Assembly (NCBI RefSeq): GCF_006345805.1
Contig: NC_043019.1
Span: 31,681,360 to 31,745,359 of the forward strand
Length of the DNA: 64,000 nucleotides
Direction of reading: 5' to 3'
Origin: Octopus sinensis
Lineage: Eukaryota
The first letter of the stretch is position 1, and every line of letters starts with the position of its first letter. The notes under the pieces are model-generated. The model worked only from the letters and a program-made list of their open reading frames with translations. It searched no databases and was not told the DNA's origin. Of the stretch, positions 13,567 through 26,473 are shown piece by piece. The position numbers and the translations under genes are program-made.

Positions 13567-13771
13567 TCAACAACAATTGAGGAACGGCCTCAATAGGCCA
13601 TTCGACCCACTAGAAAGAGCAGCCAGGACTCAAACCACCAAGTAGTAGTAATTCAGAAATTAAAGGAAAATTAAAAAACATTTACCCTATTCATCTTTAG
13701 ACAATCTCTGACTATTTTTTGTTTCTCACTAGACTGCTGGTGGCGAAAAAATTTCTATTGAATTTTTTGCT

Positions 13772-13817
<46 letters not shown>

Positions 13818-13820
<3 letters not shown>

Positions 13821-14300
13821 TCATCATCATCATCATCATCGTTTAACGTCCGTTCTCCATGCTAGCATGGGTTGGACGGTTCGACCGGGGACCTGGGAAG
13901 CCAGAAGGCTGCACCAGGCTCCAGTCTTATCTGGCAATGTTTCTGCAGCTGGATGCCCTTCCTAACACCAACCACTCCGTGAGCGTAGTGGGTGCTTTTT
14001 ACGTGCCACCCACACAGGTGCCAGGCGAGGCTGGTGCCTCAACAGGTCTTTGTGTCCAAGGGAGGAAAGGCATGCATAAGTGGGCTGGGCTCACTTGTCC
14101 TGCCTGGTCTTCTCACGTACAGCATATTTCCAAAGGTCTCGGTCTCAGTGAGGCCTAAAGTTCGAAGGTCGTGCTTCACCACCTCGTCCCAGGTTTTCCT
14201 GGGTCTACCTCTTCCATGGGTTCCCTCAACTGCTAGGGATTGGCACTTTTTCACACATCTATCATCATCCATTCTTGCCACATGACCATACCAGCGCAAG
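13818..14300 (-). mobile_element. 5'-truncated RTE-clade LINE: RT C-terminus, 3'UTR and (GAT)n tail
   Basis: RWYGHVARMDDDRCVKK...GRGRPRKTWDEVVKHDL followed by the 3' UTR shared with many short copies. Confidence 0.88.
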
Positions 14301-15337
14301 ACAGGACAAGGAAACTAACAATAAGGGCTTTTTTAAGCCTAGACGGTGGAAAAATTCATTTGAACGCATTCTGAAGAACGGCGTACGAAGACAGAAAAGC
14401 CGATGTTGACTTGTTGAAGGCAGTAGACAGAAAGAAAGTTAGTAGCCCGCAGGTCAGCAACAAGAGGGAGGAGGAGGAGGAACGGTGAAAGAGAGAGGAG
14501 AAGAAACCAGAAAGGGGGAAAAATAAGAGAGGGAGAGAGACAGGTAGGGAGGAAGACAGACAGGCAGGGAGGAAAGGTCCAGAAAGAAAGTTAGTAGCCC
14601 TCTGGTCAGCGACGAGAGGTCCATAGCTAAAAAACATGGTTGAGAACCCCTGGGCTAAGAGCATATCTATAAGTAATTTTATGTTAATTAGCTGAATATG
14701 AAAATAATCAGGAACTTGTGAATATTTTTACATTCATTTTACCTTTTTTTTTTACCTGTTGTACCATTTGTATCAATAGCCACAAAGTCATCTGAATACA
14801 GTTTTTATAAATTTAGTGACATTTATTCAGACTAGATATACATAACTTTGTGATGTATACATAGTGTTTTGCGGCAGTAAAATCACTTGGTAAATTACTA
14901 GAAGTCATGTTGTTACTGTTTGGTAGTGGGTGTCTGTTATTTTAGTGTCGTCATTTGACCATTCCTGTAGAAATACAATGGAAATCATGAAGACTAAAAG
15001 GTTAAGCTCTTAATCCAGTTCTTAAACTATGTAATTCTTTATAATCCTTCTGATTGCATAAGTGTCATTGTATCAACAAGTTAGAATTCCTGTAAAGCTA
15101 CTGACCTTTTACAAAGAAAAGACTGAACCAGCCTGGAATTTAAGCATTCCATGGAAATAATAGCAAGAATATATTCACATCTATGTGAAAAAGAAAAAGG
15201 CAGCCTCTGCAAAACTTCTGGAAATTGAATGTGCCTGGGAAAGATGTAAAAGAAATATTTAAATTCCAAGATAAAAGAATTTACTCTTTAGCATTCAGGT
15301 TCTTCTATCAAATGTAATGCTTATATATTTACATACA

Positions 15338-15372
<35 letters not shown>

Positions 15373-16249
15373 TTAACGTCTGCTTTCCATCCTGGCATAG
15401 GTCAGACAGTTTGACTGGAACTGGTAAGCCAGAGAGCTGCACCAGGCTCCAGTCTGATTTGGCTTAGCTTCTATGGCTGGATGACCTTCTTAATGTCAAT
15501 GACTTCAGGAGTGTAATAGGTGCCTTTTACATGCTACTAGCACAGGTACCATTTACATGACACTGGTAACAGCCATGACTACGATTTCACAGGTGCCATT
15601 CACATGACACTGGCAATAGCCACAACAGTTTCAATTGATAATTTATTATCATGTAGCTCTGAAGGCGGCGAGCTGGCAGAAATGTTAGCACGCCAGGCGA
15701 ACTGCTTAGTGGTATTTCATTTGTCTTTACGTTCTGAGTTCAAATTCCGCCAAGGTCGACTTTGCCTTTCATCCTTTCGGGGTTGATAAATTAAGTACAA
15801 ATTGCGTACTGGAGTCAATCTAATCGACTGTCCCTTCCCCGAAAATTTCGGGCTCTGTGTCTAAAGTAGAAAAGATTATCATGTAGCTTTGAGATTTTCC
15901 TGATGTGACTGCTTATTTTTAGTGTGACATTGTAGAGTAGGTGTGAAAGGCTGGACCTGGCCAGTTTTAACAAAAAAATAGGAAAATTTTGGGGATAGAC
16001 ATGGTCAGTTTAAATATTAAAGGTTTGAATATTTCTTTTTAAAGAATTACAAGACTATATTCAGTAATAAAACATATTTAAAGAACATTAAAAGATATTA
16101 TCAGAATTGATTTTTATCTTTTATTCTGGAGTGGAGACGGTTTCAAAGACCCTTCATGAGGCCTTTTGGCAGAAGAGAATGAGGACATTTTCCTCAAGCC
16201 AGAGATCTAGCCCAAATTCTCGTAATAGAGCAGATTCAGCTAAAAGTAT

Positions 16250-17075
16250 CCAAGGTGTCAGGTGGTGATATTAGACTGGTCAACTGATAATGCTTACTCA
16301 CCCCACCAAATTCGATTGTGTTGTGAGAAGATGCAGAAGGAATAGATTTTATTACTAAAAAATAAAGGGAGAGCAAGAAGGTCTTCACAAAGCAAATGCT
16401 ATCAATTTCTCTTCATAGGACCGGGTGTCTACTATACTTGACAGGTCAACAAATTATGTCTAACACCAACCTACAAAATTTTTATGAGTTATAAGAAAGT
16501 GTAGAAGGAAGGAATTTCATTACTAAAAGGTAAAAGAGAAAGAAAGTCTCAAAAAGCAAACGGTGTCAGTTTCTTTTCTACTACATTTGACTGGTCAGTA
16601 AATCGTGTCTAAGCCACCATCCAAATTGCACCATTACAAGGTGTAGAAAGAATGTATTTCATTATTAAAAAATAAAAGAGAGAGACTTGGTCTTCATAAA
16701 GCAAATGCTATCAATTTCTTTTCTACAGGACCAGATGTCTACTACATTAGATTGGTCAACAAATCATGTCTAACCCACCATTCCAAGTTTCACCGATATT
16801 AGAAAGTGTAGAAGGAAGGAATTTCATTACTAAAATATAAAAGAGAAAGAAAGTCTCAAAAAGCAAATGGTGTCAATTTATTTTCTACTACATTAGATTG
16901 GATATCTGCTACATTGGACTGGTCAACAAATCATGTCTCAGCCATCATTCCAAATTTCACTGTTATTAGAAAGTGTAGAAGGAATGTATTTCATTACTAA
17001 AAAATAAAAGAGAAAGATAAGATTTTAACAAAGCAAATACTGTCAATTTATTTTAACAGGATCAAATGTCAACGA
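16250..17075 (+). repeat. ~150-170-bp tandem array that includes the real acceptor of exon 17060
   Basis: AAAGCAAAT anchors near 16389, 16552, 16698, 16859 and 17030. Confidence 0.85.
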
Positions 17076-17176
17076 TGGCCCGGACTATAAAAGCAACTGT
17101 GACCAAAGGGAATATGAAGGAAAAATTACGATCAACAACAATGTATTTACAGAAGTTACAAAAGTTAGTTGAAGAG
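17060..17176 (+). CDS. OTOF: Otoferlin exon (DQMSTMARTIKATVTK...LQKLQKLVEE)
   Basis: ttaacag|GAT...GAG|gtgagc; 117 nt. Confidence 0.93.
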
Positions 17177-17339
17177 GTGAGCAGTTTTCCTTTTTTGTTA
17201 TTGTTACTGTTGTTTGCAGATGTTGTAAGGGTGTATGGCCTGGTGGTTAGTGTGTTGCCCTCATGATCAGATGATTACAGGTTTGATTCTCAGACTGGGT
17301 GGTGCATTGTGTTCTTGAGCAAAACACTTCATCTCCCAG

Positions 17340-17835
17340 TAAACCCATCATGACTACCCGTCTGATAAGGATACACTAGGCACATGCATCACAACCATAT
17401 GTGCGCAACATGGTGATCTCATATCAAGATAAACAGCACATGACATTGCAGGTGGGGCCTAGTTAGAATTTTCTTCTGTTCGAGTAACCAATCCCATTCA
17501 AAAGGTCCCTGAATAAGGATTGTTTAAGGATGTTGAACGAAACACCCATGTTTCCAAAGGTGAATTATCCAAACCTCTAAGAATTCCTTTCAACACACAG
17601 CTATTATGCTCCCCCTCTACTTCTGCTTGTGGTCAGAGATGCACACATTGTCAACCAATTAAAGGACATGCTCAACTGGTTAAGGTCAAACAACTGACAA
17701 GCAAATCTCTGGTATTGAGCAGAATATTTGCTGTAGCCCATCTTTTATACCAAGACAAAACAATGTATATGATAACACTTTCAATCAGTTAAGATCAGAA
17801 GCCACGAGAGCCACTGCATGGTACTGCATCAGGGC
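17340..17835 (+). repeat. Interspersed repeat; inverted copy at 39585-39915
   Basis: Shared block CCCATCATGACTACCCGTCTGATAAGG...CAGGTGGGGCC. Confidence 0.75.
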
Positions 17836-17913
17836 ACTTATTATTATTATTATTATTATATTATTATTATTATTATTATTATTGTTTCATGTTTTCTCTC
17901 TTGAATTTTCCAG

Positions 17914-18066
17914 CCTCAACATGCCTTGCCCGATGTGTTCATCTGGATGATCAGTGGTAGCAAAAGAGTAGCCTATCAACGCATTCCTGCAGAAGCCATC
18001 ATTTATTCTATAGTTGACGAAGAAAAAGGGAAAGACTGTGGCAAAATGCAGACGTTATTTTTAAGG
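17914..18066 (+). CDS. OTOF: Otoferlin exon (PQHALPDVFIWMISG...GKDCGKMQTLFLR), FerB
   Basis: ttccag|CCT...AGG|gtgagt; 153 nt. Confidence 0.97.
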
Positions 18067-19660
18067 GTGAGTTTCCCAGTATCGACTTTATTTGTGTGTC
18101 TGTGTGTGTGTATATGTGTGTGCGTGTGTGTGTGTGTGTGCATATGTGTTTGTGTGTGTGCATATGTGTGTGTGTATGTATGTTCTTGCCATTGTTAGCA
18201 ATTATCACATTACAACTTCAGATGGTTTGGAGTGGCAGATGGATAAAAGGATGACCGGCTGGCAGGCTGCCTGATCATAGGGCTTCATTTGATTATAAAA
18301 GTTACACACACACAAAAAAAAACACACATACACACATACATGCATGCACGCACATGTATATAACATACGAGAGAAAGTGAAGGAAAACGGAATTCACAAG
18401 GGTCTTTATTATTCACTCAGATGGATTTGACCCATCGTGCAGTGGAACCTTGCAGGTGAGATGCTGTACAAACAGTTGCAATGCATCATTGATACAGGTG
18501 TGTCTCGTCCAGTGAGTTGTCAAAAGGTACCTCGTTTTTTTTAATCTCCATACATTTTGATTGACAAGTCACCTGACGAAATGCATCAGCACCTATGATA
18601 CACCACAACTGTTCCTACAGCATCTCACCCACAAGGACCTAAATGCACTATAGGTTGAAACGATTGTAGTGAATAACAAAAGGGTTTTGTGAATTCCATT
18701 TCTTTCTCTTTCCCTTGTTTTTTATAAATGCCACAGACATGAGGAAATTCTTGAAGGAAATCCAGTGGCATAAATCCAAATTATTGATGACAGTGGATGA
18801 GCTTTAAATGGCATATTGCAAGGTGTATATCCAAATTTTAATATTATTACTTGTAGGCACAGACATGGCTGTGTGATAAGAAGCTTCCCAACCACATGGT
18901 TCTGGGTTCCATCCCACTGCATGGAACCTTGGGCAAGTGTTTTCTACTATAGCATCGGGCCAACCAAATCCTTGTGAATGGATTTGATAGGCTGAAGCTG
19001 ACAGAAGCCCGTCATGTATATATATATGTGTGTGTGCGTATATATATATCTGTGCCTGTTTGTCTTTGCCCCACCCCCCACCAGCACTACTTGACAACCG
19101 GTGTTGGTGTGTTTACATCCTCACAACTTAGCAGTTCAGCATAAAAGATGGATGGAATAAGTTCTAGGCTTGAAAAATAAGTCCTGGGTTTGATCTGTTT
19201 GACTAAAACCCTTCAAGGCAGTGCTGCAAGATGGCCGCCATCAAATGACTGAAGAAAGTAAAAGAATAAAAAGAATGTACATATATACATACTTTTTATT
19301 AATCATTAGCAGAAGGTACGGAATGACTCAAGGGTTGCATGAAAATCTCATCCCATGAGTCTACCAATTATGAATAAAAAACAATTGTATTTTTTTTTTT
19401 ATTAATATAAACTGTAGACTAATTACATAAATTTTGTCCTATAATTTTTAAAGTACATATGTGTACACCAAATACTTGATCAACACGTCACTGACTGATG
19501 CATGACATGCAAATAAGTCTGATCATTTCATCTAGTTTCTAGTTTGTATCTGATTTAAATAGTAAATACTATCAATTTCTCTTTGAAGACAAAGACTGTC
19601 TGAAAATACCACTTCAAAATTCGCTATATCATTCACTTCTCCGTTTATTTCTTTATTTAG

Positions 19661-19853
19661 TTACCAGGCAAAAAAGCGAGTGGTCAGGCTGGATGGTCTA
19701 TACAGGCAAAACTTCAGATCTATCTGTGGTTGGGACTTTCAAAGCACAAAAAGGACTTTTTAAATGGCTTACCAAAGGGTTATGAAGAAACCAAGGTCAT
19801 CAAACAAGCGAACCGAATTAACTCGATGCCACCATTATCTTTGGTCTACAAAG
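19661..19853 (+). CDS. OTOF: Otoferlin exon (LPGKKASGQAGWSIQAKLQIYLWLG...PPLSLVYKE)
   Basis: tatttag|TTA...AAA G|gttatt; 193 nt; weak donor. Not in the ORF track. Confidence 0.93.
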
Positions 19854-21045
19854 GTTATTATACTTCTTTTTTTTTTTTTTGAATATTATTAACTTTTTTA
19901 AAAAATTTCCAAGGCCCCAAAACATTGCAAGTTACAAAAATTACACAGGTTGATGGTTTTATTTGGTATTTCAATATTTTGGGCTTCAGACCCCTTCTTC
20001 AGGAAATCTTTGGAGAAAAACTGTTGTCAGCTGACTTCTCTGCCCTTCTAGCTCTCCATTTCTTTCTTCTTTTTTTTTTTTGTATGTTCTTTGCATAACT
20101 ATTGTGAGAGTTGATGTGAATGTCAAAATGAAAGGAAATTGGATTAAATAGAAAAATAGGATTTATTCAGGTTCTTGTATTTTCAGAGTTCATATATACC
20201 TTTGTATTATAAGCACAAGGCCTGAAATTTTGGGGAAGAGGGCCAGTCAATCAGATTGACTCCAGTACACAACTGGTACTTAATTTATCGACCCCGAAAG
20301 GATGAAAGGCAAAGCCGACCTTGGCAGAATTTGAACTCAGAATGTAACAGCAGATGAAATACCACTAACCATTTCGCCTGGCGCGTTAACAATTCTGCCA
20401 ACTCACCACCTTCAGAGTTCATATATTGCTAATATTGTCATTGTTTTTCATTTCTTGATAAAATAACAACTGGGCAGGTATTGACATGTGAAGGTATATC
20501 CTTTTCTACTCTAGGCACAAGGCCTGAAATTTTGAGGGAGTGGGCCAGTCGATTAGATCGACCCCAGTACACTATTGGTACTTAATTTATCGACCCCGAT
20601 AGGATGAAAGGCAAAGTCAACCCTAGTGGAATTTGAACTTAGAATGTAAAGACAGACGAAATACTGCTAAGCATTTTTCCTGGCATGCTAACATTTCTGC
20701 CAGCTCACCACCTTCATGTGAAGGTATATCTGTATATCAATGTATTCACATATCATTGTGTTGATATGTGAAGAAATGCAGTTCAGTGTTTAGCATGTTA
20801 GACTCATGAGTGTAAGGTCATTGCTTGATTCTCAGATTGTCACATCTTTGAGCAAGCCACTTTGTTTCACATTGCTCAGGTTTACTCTGCTGAAATTAGT
20901 TCAAGCAGTAACTGGTGGTTAATGGTGAGATGTGAGAGACTTGTGTTTCATCCAAAGAGAAGTTATGTGCTCTCAGATGCATGTATGTCTTGGAAACTGA
21001 GATGCATTTTGGTCTGATACATACATATATACAAATCCATGCCTA

Positions 21046-21090
<45 letters not shown>

Positions 21091-21305
21091 CATGGACTCT
21101 CCCATTGTTAGGTGACATTTTTTACTGAACAACAATATGAAAAAAATTTAAAAGACCAGTCTACGGACAATTTTTTTTTAATGCATGTATAAATTGTTAT
21201 TTTATATAATTCATACCTTTAATATGCTTATATATATTTATATATATATATTGCCATCATCATCGTCATCATCATATAATCTTTTTTTATAATTTTTTAT
21301 AACAG

Positions 21306-21565
21306 AAAAGCAAATATTCCAGCTTCGCTCTCACATGTATCAAGCTCGAAGTTTGATTGCTTCTGACGCCACTGGCCTCTCAGACCCATTTGCACGTGTG
21401 ATATTTGGTGACCAGTGTGTGATGACACAAGTCATAGAGGAAACTCTTAGCCCTACATGGGACGAATTGTTGATCATTAATGAACTTGCTATGTATGGAC
21501 AAATGGACCAGATTTCGGAAGATCCTCCTGCAATTGTCATTGAAATATTTGACCAGGACAAAGTA
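21306..21565 (+). CDS. OTOF: Otoferlin exon (KQIFQLRSHMYQARSL...IFDQDKV), C2D
   Basis: taacag|AA AAG...GTA|gtaagt; 260 nt. Confidence 0.97.
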
Positions 21566-21838
21566 GTAAGTACATTGCAGTTGTATTCTTCCTGTCATGT
21601 GTGCTTGTAGTGAATATCTTTTATCTTTTGTGTGTTTCAGTCATTAGACTGTGGCCATGCTGGGATACCACCTTTAAAGGTTTAATCAAACAAATCAACT
21701 CCAGTACTTATTCTAAGTCAGGTCTTATTATGTTGGTTTCTTTTGCTGAACAAACACGTTATTGCGATGTAAACAAACCAACACTGGTTCTTGAGTGGTT
21801 GTAGGGAGAAGCACAAATGCATAGATATGCACACACAT

Positions 21839-21870
<32 letters not shown>

Positions 21871-21898
21871 GGAGGAAGAGAACAAACACATAGACATG

Positions 21899-21929
<31 letters not shown>

Positions 21930-23336
21930 ACATGACCAGATGTTTTTCCAGATTCTTTCTTTTAGTAATTTTCTGTTTTAGGTGTGTGTCTGGAGTGGTG
22001 GTGTTAATGAAGTGTAAGATACATGTCTTTTGATAAAAATGTTTGTTAATAGAAGTTTTTTTTATATCTATTTTGGTTTGGGAGGAGAGGTGGGGAAGAT
22101 CATGCTAGCTCACATATTTATTTCCCTATAAATAAAAAGTATATATTCATTTCTCTTTCTCTCTCTCAAAGATATATATATATATACTCATCTATACATA
22201 CACATATGTATGTTTGCATGTATCATCATCACCATTTAACATCCTTTTTTCCATGCTGGCATGGGTTGGACAATTTGATAGGATTCGGCTAGCCAGAACA
22301 CTGTGCCAGGATCCAGTTGTCTCATTGGTTGTCTCGCATGGTTTCCAGTTGTCTTGCATGGTTTCTATAGCTGGATGCCCTTCCAAACACCAACAGAGTG
22401 AGTTGGGTGCTTTTTACATGGTACTAGCACAAGTGCTTTTTGTGTGGCACCGGTATGGGTTCCATGCTTTTTACATGGAACCAGCACAGGTGCTTATTAC
22501 GTGGCACTGGTACAAGTGCTTTTTACATGGCATCCACACAGGTGCTTTTTATGTAGCACCAGCACAGGTGCTTTTTATGTAGCACCAGCACAGGTGCTCT
22601 TTACATAGTTCCAGCACCAATGGGATCTGTATGGAAACCCATACTGGCAACAAATAAAATTAAGCTGGGAGCAAAAATGAAATCGTAACAAATCGCGGCA
22701 AGAAGATGTATAAAGAATCTCAAATATAAGTCCACGACAGCTTCAAACTTGACACACAGACAATGAAAGGAAGATTGCTGGTTGTTAAAACATTTTAATC
22801 AGCAGCCAAATAAACATCTCCCTTCTTCTTGAACATGATTTTCTTTGCTTTCATCTTTAGCTTCTCATCATTAAATGTTATCGTATCATTTACACCAGTC
22901 ATCGGTTGCTTTGGTCAAATGACTGCAACATTTAGTGGCAAAGCTTGTGATAAGTATCATTTTGTTGTTGTTGTTGTTTTGTTTGTTGTGGGGTTGTTTT
23001 TTTCAAAAGTAAACATGAATAAAAATTGCTTCCCCACGTGGTGTTGTTTTAAAAATGCAAGAAGCTTATTAATTAAACACATCGGATAAACCTAATTGGA
23101 TAAACAAACACAAGGCGTGGCTGTGTAGTAAGAAGCTTGCTTCCCAACTACATGGTTCCAGGTTCACTTCCACTGTGTGGCACCTTGGGCAAATATCTTC
23201 TACTATAACCCTGGACTAACCAAAGACTTGTAAGTGGATTTGGTAGCTGGAAACTGAAAGAAGCCCATTGTCACGTGTGTACCGTTGGCGATTTTTTTCC
23301 TCCGTCTTCCTTTCTTTGGATCTTTCCCTTTCCTAT

Positions 23337-23371
23337 GTTTCTGACGAAGACCTCCGCTCGAAACGTTAAAC
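23337..23371 (+). ncRNA. Minimal type-I hammerhead ribozyme motif (second family) in a ~200-bp Penelope-like tail (23270-23480)
   Basis: GUUU CUGACGA A GACC-UCC-GCUC GAAA C GU U AAAC; 4-bp stem I; stem II has one C.C mismatch. Confidence 0.6.
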
Positions 23372-24155
23372 TCTCCTTCTTTCCTTCTTTCCTGAGCGTC
23401 CAATAACACTATACTCGTTCCACATCCTCGCGTTGTTGTGTTTTCACTTTGTGTTTTCATGTTTGGATTAACTTCATATATATATATATCAGACATATGC
23501 TGTCAGTAATTACTTAGGGTAGGCAGTTGGTGACCTTTATGTAGGAAAGCACACAAAAAAATAAGCAAAACACAGGCACACAATTGAATTGAAGGCAGAT
23601 TTACTTCTGCCTTTATAGCACATAAAGAAAATGGTGTTATTGGAGTGTATGCAGCATATGTACTACAACAGTACTATGCATAGCTTTAATACTGAGATTG
23701 AAAGGCAGGGGTGAATTATGCCTACCTAATCTACAAAAAAAATTTAATATTTTGTATTTTATGCATAGTAATCAGAGTAACGCTCATAATTTTATTTTAT
23801 TATGTGCATATTTTGCCATGAAAGGAAAATGTTGTTATTTATCTATTTTATTTAAGGTAGGCACTGTCTACCTTGCCTACCTTAATGGCAAAGTTATAGG
23901 AACATAAACACGCAAGCATTAGTTGTCAAGTGATAGTAATGGTACAAGCACAGAAACACACACAAATACATACACATATACACACACACACACACCACAC
24001 ACACACACATATATATATATATATCACTTGACAACCAATGCTTGTGTGTTTATGTTCCTATAACTTTGCAGTTTGGCCAAAGAGACTGATACAATAAGTA
24101 CTAGGCTTACAAAGAATAAGTCCTGGGGTTGATTTCTTCAACTAAAACCATTTAA

Positions 24156-24376
24156 CCCTTTCGTTACCAACCCGGCCAAAACCGGCTCTGGCTCTGTGGT
24201 AAAATGTCTTGTTTTCATAAGTTTTGAATTAAAATCTTCCACCAAGCCTTAGTCACAATTTACGTTCCTAACACTAGCTTAATGATAACTAAGTTATTTT
24301 ACTAAATTCTTTGTTATATTTAAAATTAATTGAAAGAAACAGAGAGCATCTCCAAATAAATACAGTAACAAAAGTG
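24156..24376 (+). mobile_element. piggyBac-type MITE (family 2), inserted in a SINE
   Basis: TTAA|CCCTTTCGTTAC...GTAACAAAAGTG|TTAA; second copy at 57298-57517. Confidence 0.85.
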
Positions 24377-25106
24377 TTAAGGCGTTGTTCCAGCACGGCT
24401 GTAGTCAAATGAGTGATACATGTAAAAGACTGATAGAATATTGTACATCTTACAAACATTAACATGAATATAGGTACTTACCATAAATCAAAAACAACAA
24501 CAACAGCAATAACAACAACGATAGCAGCAACAACATAACAACAACAAGGAGACAACTAAACATATGAAGAGGAAAACCATAACAAAGCAGCTTGGAGGTA
24601 CAAATAGAATAATTGGAAAAATAGTTCTTAAGAATCGAACGTTCTTAGTACAAATGTAAGCAAAACAGTGAAGAAGCATAAAGGTAGCGTAAAATATAAA
24701 AATCTATAAGGAATATTGGAAATAAGAGAGTAGTGGTGAGAGTAGAAGTGATAGTGGTTGATAGGTGCAGTGATAAACATAGACCTCTTTTAGAGCCTGT
24801 ATGTGTGTTGCACAGTGTGTGTGTGTGGTTAGGAAGCTTGCTTTGCAACCACGTGGTTTCAGGTTCAGTCCCACTGTGTGGCACCTTGGGCAAGTGTTTT
24901 CTACTATAGATTTGGGGCCGACTGATGTCTTGTGAGTAAATTTGGTTTGACAGAAACTCGTCGTGTGTGTGTGTGTCTTTGTATTTGTGCTCATTCCGTA
25001 TGTAGATACAAATATATATACATGCACATACACACACATTCACGCATGCACACACACACACACATATTTGCACACAATCACACACACACAGATATATATA
25101 TATATA

Positions 25107-25577
25107 CAAGTAGGTGCTGAAAACTTCCTAACTTTGGTAAAAAAAATTCAGGAGGATCAATTAATTATGATTTTATTCAACATATTTCCCTCTCAGACTC
25201 ACACACTTATTGCAGCGGTCCTTCATTTTTCCTAAGTTCTGTAAAAGAATTCGGAAAGTTGGGCCTCCAACCAGGTCTTTGAACCAGAAACTTTTCAGTA
25301 CCCTCTCATATTCACTTAGTCATTACAAACCACCATTATAGTCTCCTTGCCAATACAAACCACCACTACAAGAGAGTGCTGAAAAGTTCTTGGCTTTGGA
25401 TAGAAGAAAATAACTATGATTCAATTCAATATGTTCCTCTCTCAGATACCAGATTCACTCACTTGGCGCAGCGGTCCTTCAGTTTTTCTAAGTCCTGTAA
25501 AATAACTCGGAAGGTTGGGCCTCTGACCAGTCCTTTTATGATACCCTTAAAACCAGAAACTTTTCACCACCCTCTCA
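25107..25577 (+). mobile_element. Two adjacent copies of a ~210-bp mariner-type MITE (25107-25308, 25369-25577)
   Basis: TIR core GTGCTGAAAAGTT..GGCTTT / AAA.CCAG.AACTTTTCA..AC with TA flanks; same family at ~41513-41728 and 51206-51425. Confidence 0.8.
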
Positions 25578-26473
25578 TATATGTATGTGTGTGTGTGTGT
25601 GTGTGTATGTGTGTGGAGGCGCAATGGCCCAGTGGTTAGGGCAGCGGACTCGTGGTTTCAATTCCCAGACCGGGCGTTGTGAGTGTTTATTGAGCGAAAA
25701 CACCTAAAACTCCACAAGGCTCTGGCAGGGGGTGGTGGCAATCCCTGCTGTACTCTTTTGCCACAACTTTCTCTCACTCTTTCTTTTGTTGGCCTGCTCC
25801 CTTAGCCAGTGGGGTGGCATCATTTGATGGTTAAAATAATGCGAAGCGCATTGTGACCAGCGATGTGTAGCAACATCTGATAGCCTGGTCAGTCATGGTG
25901 ATATATATATATATACACAAGTGGTTGTGTGGTAAGTAGCTTGCTTATGAACCACATGTTTCTGGGTTCAATCCCACTGCATGGCTCCTTGGACAAGTGT
26001 CTTCTACTATAGCCTCAGGCTGACCAAAGCCTTGTGAGTGGATTTGGTAGACAGAAACTGTCGTATGTGTGTGTTTATGCTTGTGTCTGTGTTTGTCCCC
26101 CCAACATCACTTGACAACCAATGCTGGTGTGTTTACGTCTCCTAACTTAACGGTTCAGCAAAAGAGACTGATATAATAAGTACTTGGCTTAGAATAAGTC
26201 CTAGGATCGATTTGCTTGACTAAAGGCAGCATGGTTGCAGTCAAATGACTGAAATAAATAAACGAATAAAAAGAAAGGAATATGTATACACACATATATA
26301 TTCATGATTTAGATTCGTATTTTGTTATATTTCTCTTTTCCACTCTGTTTTTATATTCTATACTGCTAAACCTTTCTGTTTTTCCTTCTCTCTACTATTA
26401 CTATTGCTAATAATGATAATAAAATTAGTTATGCCATGATTAAATATTGTTCTGTTATGTGTATTACCCACAG

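Noticed and set aside
16131-16260. Open, coding-looking stretch VETVSKTLHEAFWQKRMRTF...AKSIQG
   Set aside because: The only acceptors are weak GAG, and the best donor is phase 1 while the flanking exons need phase 0/0; no ATG upstream in frame.
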